A stretch of DNA of 64,000 nt, taken from Gemmatimonadales bacterium. Lineage in GTDB: Bacteria; Gemmatimonadota; Gemmatimonadetes; Gemmatimonadales; GWC2-71-9. Position numbers and translations under genes: made by a program. The notes beneath the pieces are model-generated. The model was not told where the DNA came from and did no database searches. It worked only from the letters and a program-made list of their open reading frames with translations. Below, one piece after another: positions 18,171 to 28,582 of the stretch. The stretch is from assembly GCA_039794085.1 (NCBI GenBank), contig JBDIWC010000002.1, forward strand, positions 9,829 to 73,828, read 5' to 3'. The stretch's first letter is position 1; each line of letters starts with the position of its first letter.

Positions 18171-18979
18171 TCCCCCCCCCTTCCCCTCCCCCCGCCCCCC
18201 AGACGGAGGAGCGCCGGCGAAGCGGTCGCATGAGGCGCGTGGTCGTCGTCATTCCCAGCGCCCTGACCCTGGGCAATCTCTTCTTCGGATTCTGGTCCAT
18301 CGTCTCGGCCTATCGGGGGAATTTCGTCTGGGCCGGGTGGTTCATCGTCTTTGCCGCCGTCCTCGACATGCTCGATGGACGGGTGGCGCGGCTCTCCGAC
18401 GCCGGCAGCCGATTCGGGGCGGAACTCGATTCCCTCGTCGACGTCATCTCGTTCGGCGTGGCCCCCGCCTTTCTCATGTACTTTCTGGAGTTCCAGGCCG
18501 CGGGACGCTTCGGATGGGTGCTGTGCTACCTGTACGTGGTCGCCACGGCTGTCCGGCTGGCCCGCTACAACGTGCTCGCCAGCGGGGGGTCGTCCAGCCA
18601 GTGGTTCACGGGCCTCCCCTCGCCGTCGGCCGGCATGACGCTGGCCGTGTATTATCCCTTCAGTCAGACCGAATGGTATCGGGCCTCGTTGGCGTATCTC
18701 GATCTGCAGCACGAGGGGTTGACGGTTCTCCTCCTGCTGCTGGCGGTGTTGATGGTGAGCAATGTGAAATACCCTCGCTGGCCCCGCATCGGATTGCGGA
18801 CCTGGGGCGGCCGCCTCGGCATTCTTGCCCATGCGGTGATCCTCGGGGGTGCCCTTCTGGACCCGGCCGCTTTCCTCTTTCCTCTCGGTCTCGGCTACAT
18901 GGCCTTTGGCATGCTCCGCACCATGGTGCTCGGATTGATCGAACGCAACGACCCCACGTCTCCCCGGAGTGCCGCATGA
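18161..18979 (+). CDS. pssA: CDP-diacylglycerol--serine O-phosphatidyltransferase (CDP-alcohol phosphatidyltransferase)
   Basis: DMLDGRVAR...GAELDSLVD CDP-OH transferase motif, multiple TM helices; start possibly ATG at about 18230. Confidence 0.8.
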   Translation: MVMIPPPSPPPAPQTEERRRSGRMRRVVVVIPSALTLGNLFFGFWSIVSAYRGNFVWAGWFIVFAAVLDMLDGRVARLSDAGSRFGAELDSLVDVISFGVAPAFLMYFLEFQAAGRFGWVLCYLYVVATAVRLARYNVLASGGSSSQWFTGLPSPSAGMTLAVYYPFSQTEWYRASLAYLDLQHEGLTVLLLLLAVLMVSNVKYPRWPRIGLRTWGGRLGILAHAVILGGALLDPAAFLFPLGLGYMAFGMLRTMVLGLIERNDPTSPRSAA

Positions 18980-19230
18980 AGTTTCGGGCTCACATCCGCA
19001 TCCTCCCCCGCCCCGGCCTCCTGGACCCCCAGGGGCAGGCCATCGCCCATGCCCTCACCGAGCTCGACTTTTCGGAGGCGAGCACGGTCCGAGTCGGCAA
19101 GGCGATCGAGGTCGACCTGGAGGCGGCGAACGCCACGGCCGCCACCCGGAGGGTGCGAGCCATGTGCGACACCCTCCTGGCCAATCCGGTCACCGAGGAT
19201 TTCCGCATCGAGATCGAGACCCTCTCGTGA
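18976..19230 (+). CDS. purS: phosphoribosylformylglycinamidine synthase subunit PurS
   Basis: 84-aa PurS fold sequence MKFRAHIRILPRPGLLDPQGQAI...; ATGA overlap with pssA stop. Confidence 0.8.
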   Translation: MKFRAHIRILPRPGLLDPQGQAIAHALTELDFSEASTVRVGKAIEVDLEAANATAATRRVRAMCDTLLANPVTEDFRIEIETLS

Positions 19231-19940
19231 TCCGCGTTGCCGTGGTCGTCTATCCCGGGACCAACTGTGAACACGAGACCGTGCGCGCCGTGGAGCTGGC
19301 CGGCGGATCCGCTTCTTTGGTCTGGCACCGCGCCACGTCCCTGGGTGGGGCCGACGCCGTGATCCTTCCCGGGGGGTTCAGCTACGGAGACTACCTCCGC
19401 TCCGGCGCCATTGCGCGCTTCAGTCCGATCACCGAGGCGATTCGCCGTCACGCGGCCGACGGGGGGCCGGTGGTCGGCATCTGTAACGGGTTCCAGATCC
19501 TCTGCGAGGCGGGACTCCTCCCCGGCGCCCTGACCCGCAACGCCGGGCTGCGCTTCACGTCGCGACCCGCGGACGTGATCGTCCACCGCACCGATACGGT
19601 GGTGACCCGCGACTATGCCCCGGGCGCCCGGCTCCGCCTGCCGGTTGCCAACGGTGAGGGACGTTTCGTGGCCGATTCGAAGACCCTCGCCCGGTTGCGG
19701 GACAACGCCCAGATCGTGTTCACCTATGCCGCGGACCCCGCGGACCGCCTCATTCCCGGGAACCCCTCGGGCGCCCGGGAGGACATCGCCGGCATCTGCA
19801 ACCCGGGAGGCACCGTGGTGGGATGCATGCCTCACCCGGAACGGGTCGCGGATCCTCTCGTCTCATCAGGCGACGGGGCCGCCTTCTTCACTTCGCTCGT
19901 CACCTCCCTCGTGGGCGTTGCGCCCGCGCGACTCCCCTGA
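19227..19940 (+). CDS. purQ: phosphoribosylformylglycinamidine synthase I (glutaminase subunit PurQ)
   Basis: IRVAVVVYPGTNCEHE, catalytic GICNGFQ, HPER; GTG start overlapping purS TGA (GTGA). Confidence 0.85.
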   Translation: MIRVAVVVYPGTNCEHETVRAVELAGGSASLVWHRATSLGGADAVILPGGFSYGDYLRSGAIARFSPITEAIRRHAADGGPVVGICNGFQILCEAGLLPGALTRNAGLRFTSRPADVIVHRTDTVVTRDYAPGARLRLPVANGEGRFVADSKTLARLRDNAQIVFTYAADPADRLIPGNPSGAREDIAGICNPGGTVVGCMPHPERVADPLVSSGDGAAFFTSLVTSLVGVAPARLP

Positions 19941-19961
19941 CCCCCTGAGACGAACCGACCG

Positions 19962-20282
19962 ATGACCATCGACAAACCGAGCCGGAACGAAGACGAGTAC
20001 TTCGCCAGGCAGAACGCCGAACTGCTGGAAGCCACGCGCGCCCGGGCCGCCGAGGAGGCGGCCGCGGCGGAACGCCAGTCTCACTTCATGAAGTGCCCCA
20101 AGTCCGGCCACGACCTCATCACGACCACCATCGAGAACACCCAGATCGACACCTGCCCCGTCTGCGGGGGAATCTGGCTGGACGCGGGGGAACTGGATCA
20201 ATTGACCCGCCGCGAGGACCCGGGAGTCTTTCGGAAGATCCTGGGCGACGTGGCGGCCGCGCTCCGCATGAGACCGTCGTGA
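19962..20282 (+). CDS. small zinc-ribbon protein (TFIIB-type zf, CxxC...CxxC-GxWLD) inserted between purQ and purL
   Basis: CPKSGHDL...[17 protein letters not shown]; 106 aa; its stop overlaps purL GTG start. Confidence 0.5.
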   Translation: MTIDKPSRNEDEYFARQNAELLEATRARAAEEAAAAERQSHFMKCPKSGHDLITTTIENTQIDTCPVCGGIWLDAGELDQLTRREDPGVFRKILGDVAAALRMRPS

Positions 20283-22579
20283 CCCAATCCGGGACCGTCG
20301 CCTCCGTCCTGCCGCGCCCCGGCGACCCGCCGATCACCCCCGCTCTGGTCCGGGAGCATAATCTGACCCCGGGGGAGTATCGTCGCATCCGGGCGGTTCT
20401 GGACCGGGCTCCGACCCTGACGGAGCTCGGTGTCTTTTCCGCCCTCTGGTCGGAGCACTGTTCCTACAAGCATTCCCGTCCCATCCTGCGCACCTTTCCC
20501 GTCACCGGGCCTCACGTCATCCAGGGGCCCGGCGAGAACGCCGGCGTTCTCCGACTCCCCGAGGGCTGGGCCGTCGCATTCAAGATCGAGTCGCACAACC
20601 ATCCGTCCGCGGTGGAACCCTATCAGGGGGCAGCCACAGGTGTGGGGGGGATTCTCCGCGACGTGTTCACCATGGGTGCCCGCCCCGTGGCGCTTCTCAA
20701 CTCCCTCCGGCTCGGTCCCCTCGACGTGCCCCGCAACCGGTACCTGTTTGCGGGAATCGTCCGCGGCATCGGAGATTACGGCAACTGCATGGGCGTCCCG
20801 ACCCTGGGCGGTGAGGTGGTGTTCGGAGACGGGTACACCGGCAACCCGCTCGTCAACGCGATGTGTGTCGGTCTCCTGCGGGAGGAGGACCTGATCCGCG
20901 CCAGGGCCGAGGGCGTGGGCAATCTCCTTCTCGTGGTCGGAGCCGCCACGGGACGGGACGGGATCCATGGAGCGAGCTTCGCCTCCGAAGAGCTGACCGA
21001 GGCGAGCGAGGCCCGGCGCCCCCAGGTCCAGGTGGGTGATCCCTTCACCGAAAAACTCCTGCTGGAGGCGAGCCTCGCCTTGATCCAGTCGGGGGAGATC
21101 GTCGCCATTCAGGACATGGGCGCCGCCGGTCTCACCAGTTCCTCGGCGGAAATGGCGGCCCGCGGCGGAGTCGGGGTCGAACTCGACACCAGCCGGGTCC
21201 CGCTGCGCGAACCGGGCATGAGCCCCTATGAGATTCTCCTCTCGGAATCCCAGGAACGGATGCTCGTCGTGGCCGAACCGGACCGGCTTGCGGCCATCGA
21301 GACGATCTGCCGTCGCTGGGAGTTGACGGCAACACCCATCGGCCGCGTGACGGATGACGGTCTCTTCCGGGTGGTGCATGAGGGGAGGACCGTGGCGGCG
21401 ATCCCCGGCGTTTCGCTCGTGGAGGACTGCCCGGTGTACCACCCGGAAGCGCGGGAAAGCCGAGCCGCCGTGACCCGGCGCAGGACACGCCCCCCCGCGA
21501 ACCGCCCGATGCCGGGAGTCGAAGAGACTCTCGAACGGCTTCTCGATTCCCCGAGCCTGGCCAGCAAGAGATGGGTCTGGGAACAATACGACAGCACCGT
21601 GCAGGCCAACACCGCGTTCGGACCGGGCGGGGACGCCGGGGTAATCCGGGTGCCGGGAACCACGTTCGGTCTCGCGGTGTCGGTCGACTGCAACAACCGC
21701 CAGGTAGCCCTGGACCCCTACGAAGGGGGAAAGGCCGCCGTGGCGGAGGCCGCACGCAATGTGGCCTGCACCGGTGCCGTCCCGTTGGGAATCACCGATT
21801 GCCTCAATTTTGGCAGCCCCGAGAAGCCGGACGTGTTCTTCCAGTTTCGCGAGGCGTGCCGGGGCATCGGGGACGCCTGCCGGGCGTTCGACATCCCGGT
21901 GACGGGGGGCAACGTGAGTTTCTACAACGAGAGTCCCACCGGAGCCATCGATCCCACCCCTGTGATCGGCATGGTGGGACTCCTTCCCGACATCACCCGG
22001 CGCACCCCGAGCGGATTTGAGTCACCCGGGCACCTCGTCGCCATTCTCGGAATCACCACCGGCCATCTCGGCGGTTCCTCCTTCTGGGCCGAGGTTCTCG
22101 ACGTTGTGGGCGGAGCTCCTCCTCCGGTTCATCTCGGGCGGGAGCGTGCTCTCCAGCGACTCCTGGCCGATGCCACCTCCTCGGGAATCCTCGCCTCGGC
22201 CCATGACTGCTCCGACGGCGGCCTGGGCGTTGCCCTCGCGGAAGCTTGTCTCGGGGGTCCCTCCCGGTCCACGCCCCCCGGTGCATCACTCGATCTGACC
22301 ACCTATGCCCCCTCCCTCTCTCCCCACGCCCTCCTCTTCGGAGAGGACCACGCGCGGGTGGTCGTAAGCTTCCCGAGAAGCCGACGCAACGACCTGGCGG
22401 GACTCGCTCGGCTCCACGGAGTTCCCCTGTTCGGCGCGGGCCGGGTGACCGCCCCGGGCACTCCCCTGCGTGTCACGGTGGGGAAGGTCACGTGGACGTG
22501 GGAAACCGATCGTTTGCGACACCTCCATGAGCAGGCGATCCCCCGCCGGATGAATCACACTCCCCGCGGAGAGGGCTGA
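20279..22579 (+). CDS. purL: phosphoribosylformylglycinamidine synthase II (PurL)
   Basis: [12 protein letters not shown]-synthase-related N and C domains duplicated; GTG start at 20279 (ORF N-terminal extension rejected). Confidence 0.9.
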   Translation: MTQSGTVASVLPRPGDPPITPALVREHNLTPGEYRRIRAVLDRAPTLTELGVFSALWSEHCSYKHSRPILRTFPVTGPHVIQGPGENAGVLRLPEGWAVAFKIESHNHPSAVEPYQGAATGVGGILRDVFTMGARPVALLNSLRLGPLDVPRNRYLFAGIVRGIGDYGNCMGVPTLGGEVVFGDGYTGNPLVNAMCVGLLREEDLIRARAEGVGNLLLVVGAATGRDGIHGASFASEELTEASEARRPQVQVGDPFTEKLLLEASLALIQSGEIVAIQDMGAAGLTSSSAEMAARGGVGVELDTSRVPLREPGMSPYEILLSESQERMLVVAEPDRLAAIETICRRWELTATPIGRVTDDGLFRVVHEGRTVAAIPGVSLVEDCPVYHPEARESRAAVTRRRTRPPANRPMPGVEETLERLLDSPSLASKRWVWEQYDSTVQANTAFGPGGDAGVIRVPGTTFGLAVSVDCNNRQVALDPYEGGKAAVAEAARNVACTGAVPLGITDCLNFGSPEKPDVFFQFREACRGIGDACRAFDIPVTGGNVSFYNESPTGAIDPTPVIGMVGLLPDITRRTPSGFESPGHLVAILGITTGHLGGSSFWAEVLDVVGGAPPPVHLGRERALQRLLADATSSGILASAHDCSDGGLGVALAEACLGGPSRSTPPGASLDLTTYAPSLSPHALLFGEDHARVVVSFPRSRRNDLAGLARLHGVPLFGAGRVTAPGTPLRVTVGKVTWTWETDRLRHLHEQAIPRRMNHTPRGEG

Positions 22580-22582
22580 GCG

Positions 22583-23977
22583 ATGTGCGGCATCATCGGG
22601 GTCACCGGCCTGCGGGATGCGGCGCGGCTCTGTCACATGGGTCTCTACGCCTTGCAGCACCGGGGCCAGGAGAGCGCCGGCATCGTCTCCATCGATCCGG
22701 ACGGCCAGCCGCACCTGCACCGGGGGATGGGACTCGTGTCCGAGGCGATTCCGGAGGAGCCCCTCTCCCGTCTGGTCGGTCCGCTCGCGGTGGGCCATAC
22801 CCGGTATGCCACCACGGGGAGCAGCGTGCTCGCCAATGCCCAGCCCCATGTGGTCAACTACAGGAATGGACCCCTCGTCCTGGCCCACAACGGCAACCTG
22901 ACCAATGCCGGCCCGATCCGCGCCGAGCTGGTGGACAAGGGATCGATCTTCAGCAGTTCGTCGGACAGCGAAGTCATCATTCACTTGATTGCCCGAAGCG
23001 AAGCCCCCGACCCTGAACTCCAGATCCGGGTGGCCCTCGAGCGCGTGGAAGGGGCATTCAGCCTGGTCATGGCGGTGGGCCACACCCTCTATGCCGTCGT
23101 CGACCCCCGGGGCTTCCGCCCCCTCTTCCTCGGCGCCCTCGACACCGGTCACGTCGTGGCCAGTGAGACCTGCGCCTTCGACCTGCTCGGCGCGACGGTG
23201 ATCCGGGAACTGCAGCCGGGCGAGTTCATGCGGGTCCATGAGGGGCGCATCGAGACCCTCACCCCCCTCCGGCCCAGGCCGGTGAGCCGGTGCATCTTCG
23301 AGCTGGTCTATTTTGCCCGCCCCGACAGCATCGTGTTCGGCCAGTCAGTCGACGGAGTGCGCCGGGAACTGGGCCGGCAACTCGCCCGGGAACAGCCGGT
23401 ACACAACGGCGAAGTCGTCTTCAGTGTCCCCGACAGCAGCAACGCCATGGCGCTGGGTTATTCGGAAACCAGCGGGATCAAGCTGGAACATGCCCTGATC
23501 CGTAACCACTACGTCGGGCGGACCTTCATCAACCCGACCCAGTCGGCTCGGGTGGCCAAGGTCCGGATCAAGTTCAATCCCGTCCGGGAGGTCATCGAGG
23601 GCCGCTCCGTGGTGGTCGTGGACGACAGTCTTGTCCGGGGCACCACCAGCAAGGGTCTGGTGCAGATGATTCGTGCCGCCGGGGCCCGCGAGGTGCACCT
23701 CCGGATCGCCTCGCCCCCGATCACCGGACCCTGCCACTACGGCATCGACACACCGCGTCGCGAGGAGCTGATCGGCGCCACGCACACCGTGGAGGAGATC
23801 AGGACCTTTCTCGGGGTCGACTCCCTGGGCTACCTTTCTCTGGAGGGCATGCACAAGGCCGTGGCCGGAACCACCCGCTACTGCAATGCCTGTTTTTCCG
23901 GAGCCTATCCCGTGCTGCCCACCAATGACCTGGCACGCACGCGTCACTTGTACCCCGTTCCCGGGAGGTCGGGATGA
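22583..23977 (+). CDS. purF: amidophosphoribosyltransferase
   Basis: N-terminal MCGIIGV (Ntn Cys1), PRTase motif VVVVDDSLVRGTTS. Confidence 0.9.
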   Translation: MCGIIGVTGLRDAARLCHMGLYALQHRGQESAGIVSIDPDGQPHLHRGMGLVSEAIPEEPLSRLVGPLAVGHTRYATTGSSVLANAQPHVVNYRNGPLVLAHNGNLTNAGPIRAELVDKGSIFSSSSDSEVIIHLIARSEAPDPELQIRVALERVEGAFSLVMAVGHTLYAVVDPRGFRPLFLGALDTGHVVASETCAFDLLGATVIRELQPGEFMRVHEGRIETLTPLRPRPVSRCIFELVYFARPDSIVFGQSVDGVRRELGRQLAREQPVHNGEVVFSVPDSSNAMALGYSETSGIKLEHALIRNHYVGRTFINPTQSARVAKVRIKFNPVREVIEGRSVVVVDDSLVRGTTSKGLVQMIRAAGAREVHLRIASPPITGPCHYGIDTPRREELIGATHTVEEIRTFLGVDSLGYLSLEGMHKAVAGTTRYCNACFSGAYPVLPTNDLARTRHLYPVPGRSG

Positions 23978-26640
23978 GCGAACCTTGGACCACGCCCCTC
24001 GTCTATTTCTTCGGTCAGGGCCGCGCCGACGGTACCTCCGCGATGAAGGATATTCTCGGGGGCAAGGGAGCGGGACTCGCCGAAATGACCAATCTCGGGA
24101 TTCCGGTTCCTCCCGGGTTCACCCTCGCGTCCTCCCTCTGCACCACCTATCTCGAGGACCGGCACTTTCCCCCCCGGCTGCGCGCCCAGGTCGAGTCGAA
24201 TCTCGGCCGCCTCGAGGCCGCCACCAACCGCCAGTTCGGGGGCACCGACGCCCCCCTTCTGCTGGCCGTCCGATCCGGGGCTGCGGTGTCGATGCCCGGC
24301 ATGATGGAGACCATTCTCAACCTCGGCCTGAACGAGCAGACGGTCGAGGCCCTGGCGCGGGAGAGTGGCGACGAACGGTTCGCCCTCGATTCATGGCGGC
24401 GCTTCCTGCAGATGTATTCCACCGTCGTGTTCGACGTGCCGAAGCCCCTGTTCGAGAAGGAGATCACGGCCGTCAAGACCTCCCTCGGTGTCGAGCGGGA
24501 TGTCGATATCCCGACCGACGGACTCGCTCGTCTGGTCGAGACCTTTCGCGACATCACCGAGAAGCATACGGGGACACCCTTCCCGTCCGATCCCCTCGAT
24601 CAGCTCTGGGGGGCCATCCAGGCCGTCTTCGAGTCGTGGAACACCCGGCGGGCCATCGACTACCGGCGCCTCCACGGCATCCCCTCGAGCATGGGCACCG
24701 CCGTGAACATCATGGCGATGGTCTTCGGCAACATGGGCGATACCAGCGGCACCGGGGTCGTCTTCACCCGCAGTCCCTCCACCGGGGAACCCCGTCTCTA
24801 TGGCGAGTTCCTGATGAATGCCCAGGGGGAGGACGTCGTCTCCGGCGTCCGGACCCCGGCACCGATCGACCAACTGGCTCAGCATCTGCCCGAGGCCCAC
24901 GCCGAACTTCAGCGCGTGGCCCGAACCCTGGAGCGCCACTTCCGCGACATCCAGGATCTCGAATTCACCATCGAGCGCGGCCGCCTCTACCTCCTGCAGA
25001 CTCGCCGCGCCCAGCGCTCCGGCCCCGCCGCCGTCCGCGCCGCCGTGGACATGGTGGACGAGGATCTGATCAGCCGGGAGGAGGCGATCGCCCGGATCCC
25101 CCCGGGCGACCTCGACCAGCTTCTCCACCCCACCATCGATGCCACCGCCCGCCTCGATCTCTTGACCACCGGCCTTCCCGCCTCTCCGGGCGCCGCCTCG
25201 GGACGTATCGTTTTCACCGCCGACGTCGCCCAGGAGCGGGGACGGCAAGGCGAACCGGTCATCCTGGTTCGAGAGGAAACCAGTCCCGAGGATTTCCACG
25301 GCATGGTGGAGGCCCGCGCCATCCTCACCGCCCGGGGCGGGATGACGTCCCACGCCGCCGTGGTGGCCCGGGGAATGGGGAAACCCTGCGTGGCGGGGGC
25401 GACGGCCCTCACGGTGGATGCCACCGCGGGAACCCTCTCCGTCGACGGGCGCTCGGTGCCCGAGGGCGAGTGGATCACCCTGGATGGCAGCACCGGACGG
25501 GTCTATGCGGGGCAAGCCGCGCTGGTGGACCCCCGCCCGGGGGAACATTATGAGCGGGTGATGGCGTGGGCCGATGAGCTCCGGCATCTCCGGGTCCGGG
25601 TGAATGCCGACACCCCGGCCGACGCCCACCGCGGCCGCGATTTTGGCGCCGAGGGGATCGGACTCTGTCGGACCGAGCACATGTTCTTCGAGGGGGAACG
25701 GATCAACGCCATGCGGGAGATGATTCTGGCCCAGGACCTCGCCGGGCGGGAACGGGCGCTGGCCAAGCTCCTCCCGATGCAGCGCAACGACTTCGAGGGG
25801 ATCTTCCGAGCCATGGAGGGACATCCCGTCACGATCCGTCTCCTCGATCCCCCCCTGCATGAGTTCCTGCCGCACGAGCCGGAAGAGATCGCGGTCCTGG
25901 CCGAGCAGATGGGACTGACCCCCGCGGACATCCACCGCAGCGTGGACCGCCTCCGGGAAGTGAACCCGATGCTGGGGCTGCGCGGATGCCGGCTCGGCAT
26001 CATCCATCCCGAGATCACGGCGATGCAGGTGCGTGCCATCTTCGAGGCGGCATGCACCATCGCCTCGCGCAAGGGGCGGGTGCAACCCGAGGTCATGATT
26101 CCTCTCGTGGCTCATGTACACGAGTTCCGGCGTCAGGCCCTGATCGTTCGCCAGGTGGCCGAGGAAGTGTTCCGGGAAAGACAGATCACGGTTCCGTACC
26201 TGCTCGGCACGATGATCGAACTGCCGCGCGCCGCTCTCACCGCCGATGAAATCGCCCGGGAGGCCCAGTTCTTCTCCTTCGGGACCAATGACCTGACCCA
26301 GACCACCTGGGGATTGTCACGAGACGACGCCGGGGTCTTCCTCCCGCTCTACGTCCACGAGGGTGTGGTCGAACAGGACCCCTTCGTGGTCCTCGACGAA
26401 CACGGGGTCGGCAAGCTCATCACCATGGCCGCCGAACTGGGACGCACCACACGCGCGGACCTGAAGCTCGGGATCTGCGGGGAGCATGGCGGGGATCCCG
26501 CGGCCATCGCCTTCTGCGAAAACCTCCGGATGAACTACGTGTCCTGCAGCCCTTTCCGGGTTCCGATCGCGCGCCTCGCCGCGGCCCAGGCGGCCCTGAC
26601 CTCCCGAGGAACCATCAACCGGACGCAAGCCACCGTATGA
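23974..26640 (+). CDS. ppdK: pyruvate, phosphate dikinase
   Basis: 888 aa; phosphohistidine region [22 protein letters not shown]-utilising C-terminal domain; ATGA overlaps with purF and purE. Confidence 0.9.
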   Translation: MSEPWTTPLVYFFGQGRADGTSAMKDILGGKGAGLAEMTNLGIPVPPGFTLASSLCTTYLEDRHFPPRLRAQVESNLGRLEAATNRQFGGTDAPLLLAVRSGAAVSMPGMMETILNLGLNEQTVEALARESGDERFALDSWRRFLQMYSTVVFDVPKPLFEKEITAVKTSLGVERDVDIPTDGLARLVETFRDITEKHTGTPFPSDPLDQLWGAIQAVFESWNTRRAIDYRRLHGIPSSMGTAVNIMAMVFGNMGDTSGTGVVFTRSPSTGEPRLYGEFLMNAQGEDVVSGVRTPAPIDQLAQHLPEAHAELQRVARTLERHFRDIQDLEFTIERGRLYLLQTRRAQRSGPAAVRAAVDMVDEDLISREEAIARIPPGDLDQLLHPTIDATARLDLLTTGLPASPGAASGRIVFTADVAQERGRQGEPVILVREETSPEDFHGMVEARAILTARGGMTSHAAVVARGMGKPCVAGATALTVDATAGTLSVDGRSVPEGEWITLDGSTGRVYAGQAALVDPRPGEHYERVMAWADELRHLRVRVNADTPADAHRGRDFGAEGIGLCRTEHMFFEGERINAMREMILAQDLAGRERALAKLLPMQRNDFEGIFRAMEGHPVTIRLLDPPLHEFLPHEPEEIAVLAEQMGLTPADIHRSVDRLREVNPMLGLRGCRLGIIHPEITAMQVRAIFEAACTIASRKGRVQPEVMIPLVAHVHEFRRQALIVRQVAEEVFRERQITVPYLLGTMIELPRAALTADEIAREAQFFSFGTNDLTQTTWGLSRDDAGVFLPLYVHEGVVEQDPFVVLDEHGVGKLITMAAELGRTTRADLKLGICGEHGGDPAAIAFCENLRMNYVSCSPFRVPIARLAAAQAALTSRGTINRTQATV

Positions 26641-27140
26641 GCACTCCTCCCGCCCCGCGCGTGGGGATCGTCATGGGCTCCTCCTCGGACTGGTCCGTCA
26701 TGGAGCACGCGGCCCGGAGGCTCGACCAGTTCCACGTGCCCTGCGAAACCCGGATCGTGTCGGCCCACCGAACCCCCGACCTGCTCTGGACATATGCGGA
26801 GCAGGCGGCGGAACGGGGTCTCGCCTGCATCATCGCCGGCGCGGGAGGAGCCGCCCATCTGCCGGGAATGCTCGCCGCCACGTGCACCGTTCCTGTCCTC
26901 GGGGTCCCCGTCCCCAGCCGTCATCTGCAGGGGATGGACTCGCTCCTCTCAATTGTCCAGATGCCGGCCGGAATCCCGGTGGCCACCTTCGCCATCGGCG
27001 AGGCCGGCGCACACAACGCCGCGCTCTTTGCCATCGCATTGCTGGGTGTGACGGATCCCGGGATCCGGGCCGAGCTCGACCTCTTCCGGGCGTCCCAGCG
27101 CGACATGGTCCTCCACCAGACGCTTCCTCCCCACCCATGA
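26637..27140 (+). CDS. purE: N5-carboxyaminoimidazole ribonucleotide mutase
   Basis: [21 protein letters not shown] class I PurE motifs. Confidence 0.9.
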   Translation: MSTPPAPRVGIVMGSSSDWSVMEHAARRLDQFHVPCETRIVSAHRTPDLLWTYAEQAAERGLACIIAGAGGAAHLPGMLAATCTVPVLGVPVPSRHLQGMDSLLSIVQMPAGIPVATFAIGEAGAHNAALFAIALLGVTDPGIRAELDLFRASQRDMVLHQTLPPHP

Positions 27141-28288
27141 TCCTCCCCGGCGCCACCCTGGGACTCCTGGGCGGAGGCCAACTGGGCCGCATGTTCACGG
27201 CCCAGGCGCGCCGGATGGGGTACGAGGTGGTGGTGCTCGATCCGGATCCCGGAAGCCCGGCGGGAGCTCTGGCCACGAGGCATCTCGCCGCATCCTACAC
27301 CGACGCCGCCGCACTGGAGGAGATGGCGCGGACCACCAGCGTTGTCACCACCGAGTTCGAGAACGTGTCCGCCGACGCGCTCCACCTGCTTGCCACCCGG
27401 GTACGCGTCGCTCCGGGAGCCACCGCCGTGCATACGACCCAGGACCGGGTCCGGGAAAAGCAGTTCCTGCATGACCAGGGAATCGCCACCGCGCCCTTTG
27501 CCGTGGTCCGTACCCCGGACGACCTGGCCGGTGCCTGGACCCAGGTTGGCGCGCCGGCCCTCTTCAAGACCAGCCAGCTCGGCTACGACGGCAAGGGCCA
27601 ACTCCCGGTTTGCACCCTGCGCGACTTGGAGGACGCCTTCACCCACCTCGGCGGCGTGCCCGGGGTGCTCGAGCACCGGCTTCCCCTGGAGACCGAACTC
27701 TCCGTCGTTCTCGCCCGGGGTGACGACGGGCGGGTGGCCGCCTTTCCCGCCGGTGACAACATCCACCACCAGGGGATTCTCGACACCACCACGCTCCCTT
27801 CGGCGCTTCCCGCCTCGATCACGGAGCAGGCAACCCGCTGCGCCAGCCTCATCGCCGAGCGTCTGGAGTACGTCGGGGTGCTCGGCGTGGAGTTCTTCGT
27901 GGCACGAGGAGGGCTCCTCTACGCCAATGAGATCGCGCCTCGGCCGCACAACAGCGGTCACTTCACCCAGGACGCCTGTACTCTCTGCCAGTTTGAACAG
28001 CAAGTCCGGGCGATCTGCGGCCTTCCCCTGGGGCACCCCGCCCTGTTGTCTCCCGTGTGCATGATCAACCTGCTCGGCGATCTCTGGGAGCACGGACCCC
28101 CGCGCTGGGACCGGGTCCTCGATCTTCCTGGAGTCACCCTGCACCTGTACGGCAAGGCGACACCCCGGCCGGGGCGGAAAATGGGTCACCTGAATTGTCT
28201 GGCCCCCACGGCGGCGGAGGCGTTCGCCCTCGCACACCGGGCCCGGGATCTTCTCGTCTCCGGGGCCCCCGCCACACAGGGAACCTGA
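27137..28288 (+). CDS. purK: N5-carboxyaminoimidazole ribonucleotide synthase (ATP-grasp)
   Basis: [15 protein letters not shown]-grasp core; ATG 27137 overlaps purE TGA; ORF N-terminal extension rejected. Confidence 0.85.
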   Translation: MILPGATLGLLGGGQLGRMFTAQARRMGYEVVVLDPDPGSPAGALATRHLAASYTDAAALEEMARTTSVVTTEFENVSADALHLLATRVRVAPGATAVHTTQDRVREKQFLHDQGIATAPFAVVRTPDDLAGAWTQVGAPALFKTSQLGYDGKGQLPVCTLRDLEDAFTHLGGVPGVLEHRLPLETELSVVLARGDDGRVAAFPAGDNIHHQGILDTTTLPSALPASITEQATRCASLIAERLEYVGVLGVEFFVARGGLLYANEIAPRPHNSGHFTQDACTLCQFEQQVRAICGLPLGHPALLSPVCMINLLGDLWEHGPPRWDRVLDLPGVTLHLYGKATPRPGRKMGHLNCLAPTAAEAFALAHRARDLLVSGAPATQGT

Positions 28289-28339
28289 CCGCCCGGATCC
28301 CGAACAAGTTCAGCTCACGAACCGCTGGTGATCCGGCTC

Positions 28340-28470
28340 TTCAGGCGTCGGAGGGTCGACCACAAAAAGCACAAAAAAACACAAAAGGTACGATCCCCTG
28401 GCTTCGTCCCCCCTCCGAGGGGCCTCCTGCCTTTTGTGTCTTCTGTGCCTCTTGTGGCCATTTTTCCCAC
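28340..28470. repeat. repeat element, CACAAA variant hairpin: CCACAAAAAGCACAAAAAAACACAAAAGG ... CCTTTTGTGTCTTCTGTGCCTCTTGTGG
   Basis: inverted arms about 28 nt each around a 40-nt GC-rich loop, between convergent purK and metalloprotease genes. Confidence 0.8.
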
Positions 28471-28582
28471 CCACCGGACAACTGGAACACCTCGCCAGGA
28501 GCGGCTCACGAACCGCCCCGGCACACGCACGACGGGCCGGGAGCACCAGCCCCCGGCCCGCCCACGACACCCGGCCCGGCTG

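Noticed and set aside
18082-19230. ORF 18082-19230 (+, 382 aa) and ORF 18969-19940 N-terminal part
   Set aside because: Only the last 84 aa (purS) and the segment from GTG 19227 (purQ) have protein-like sequence; remainder is a shadow frame of psd/pssA.
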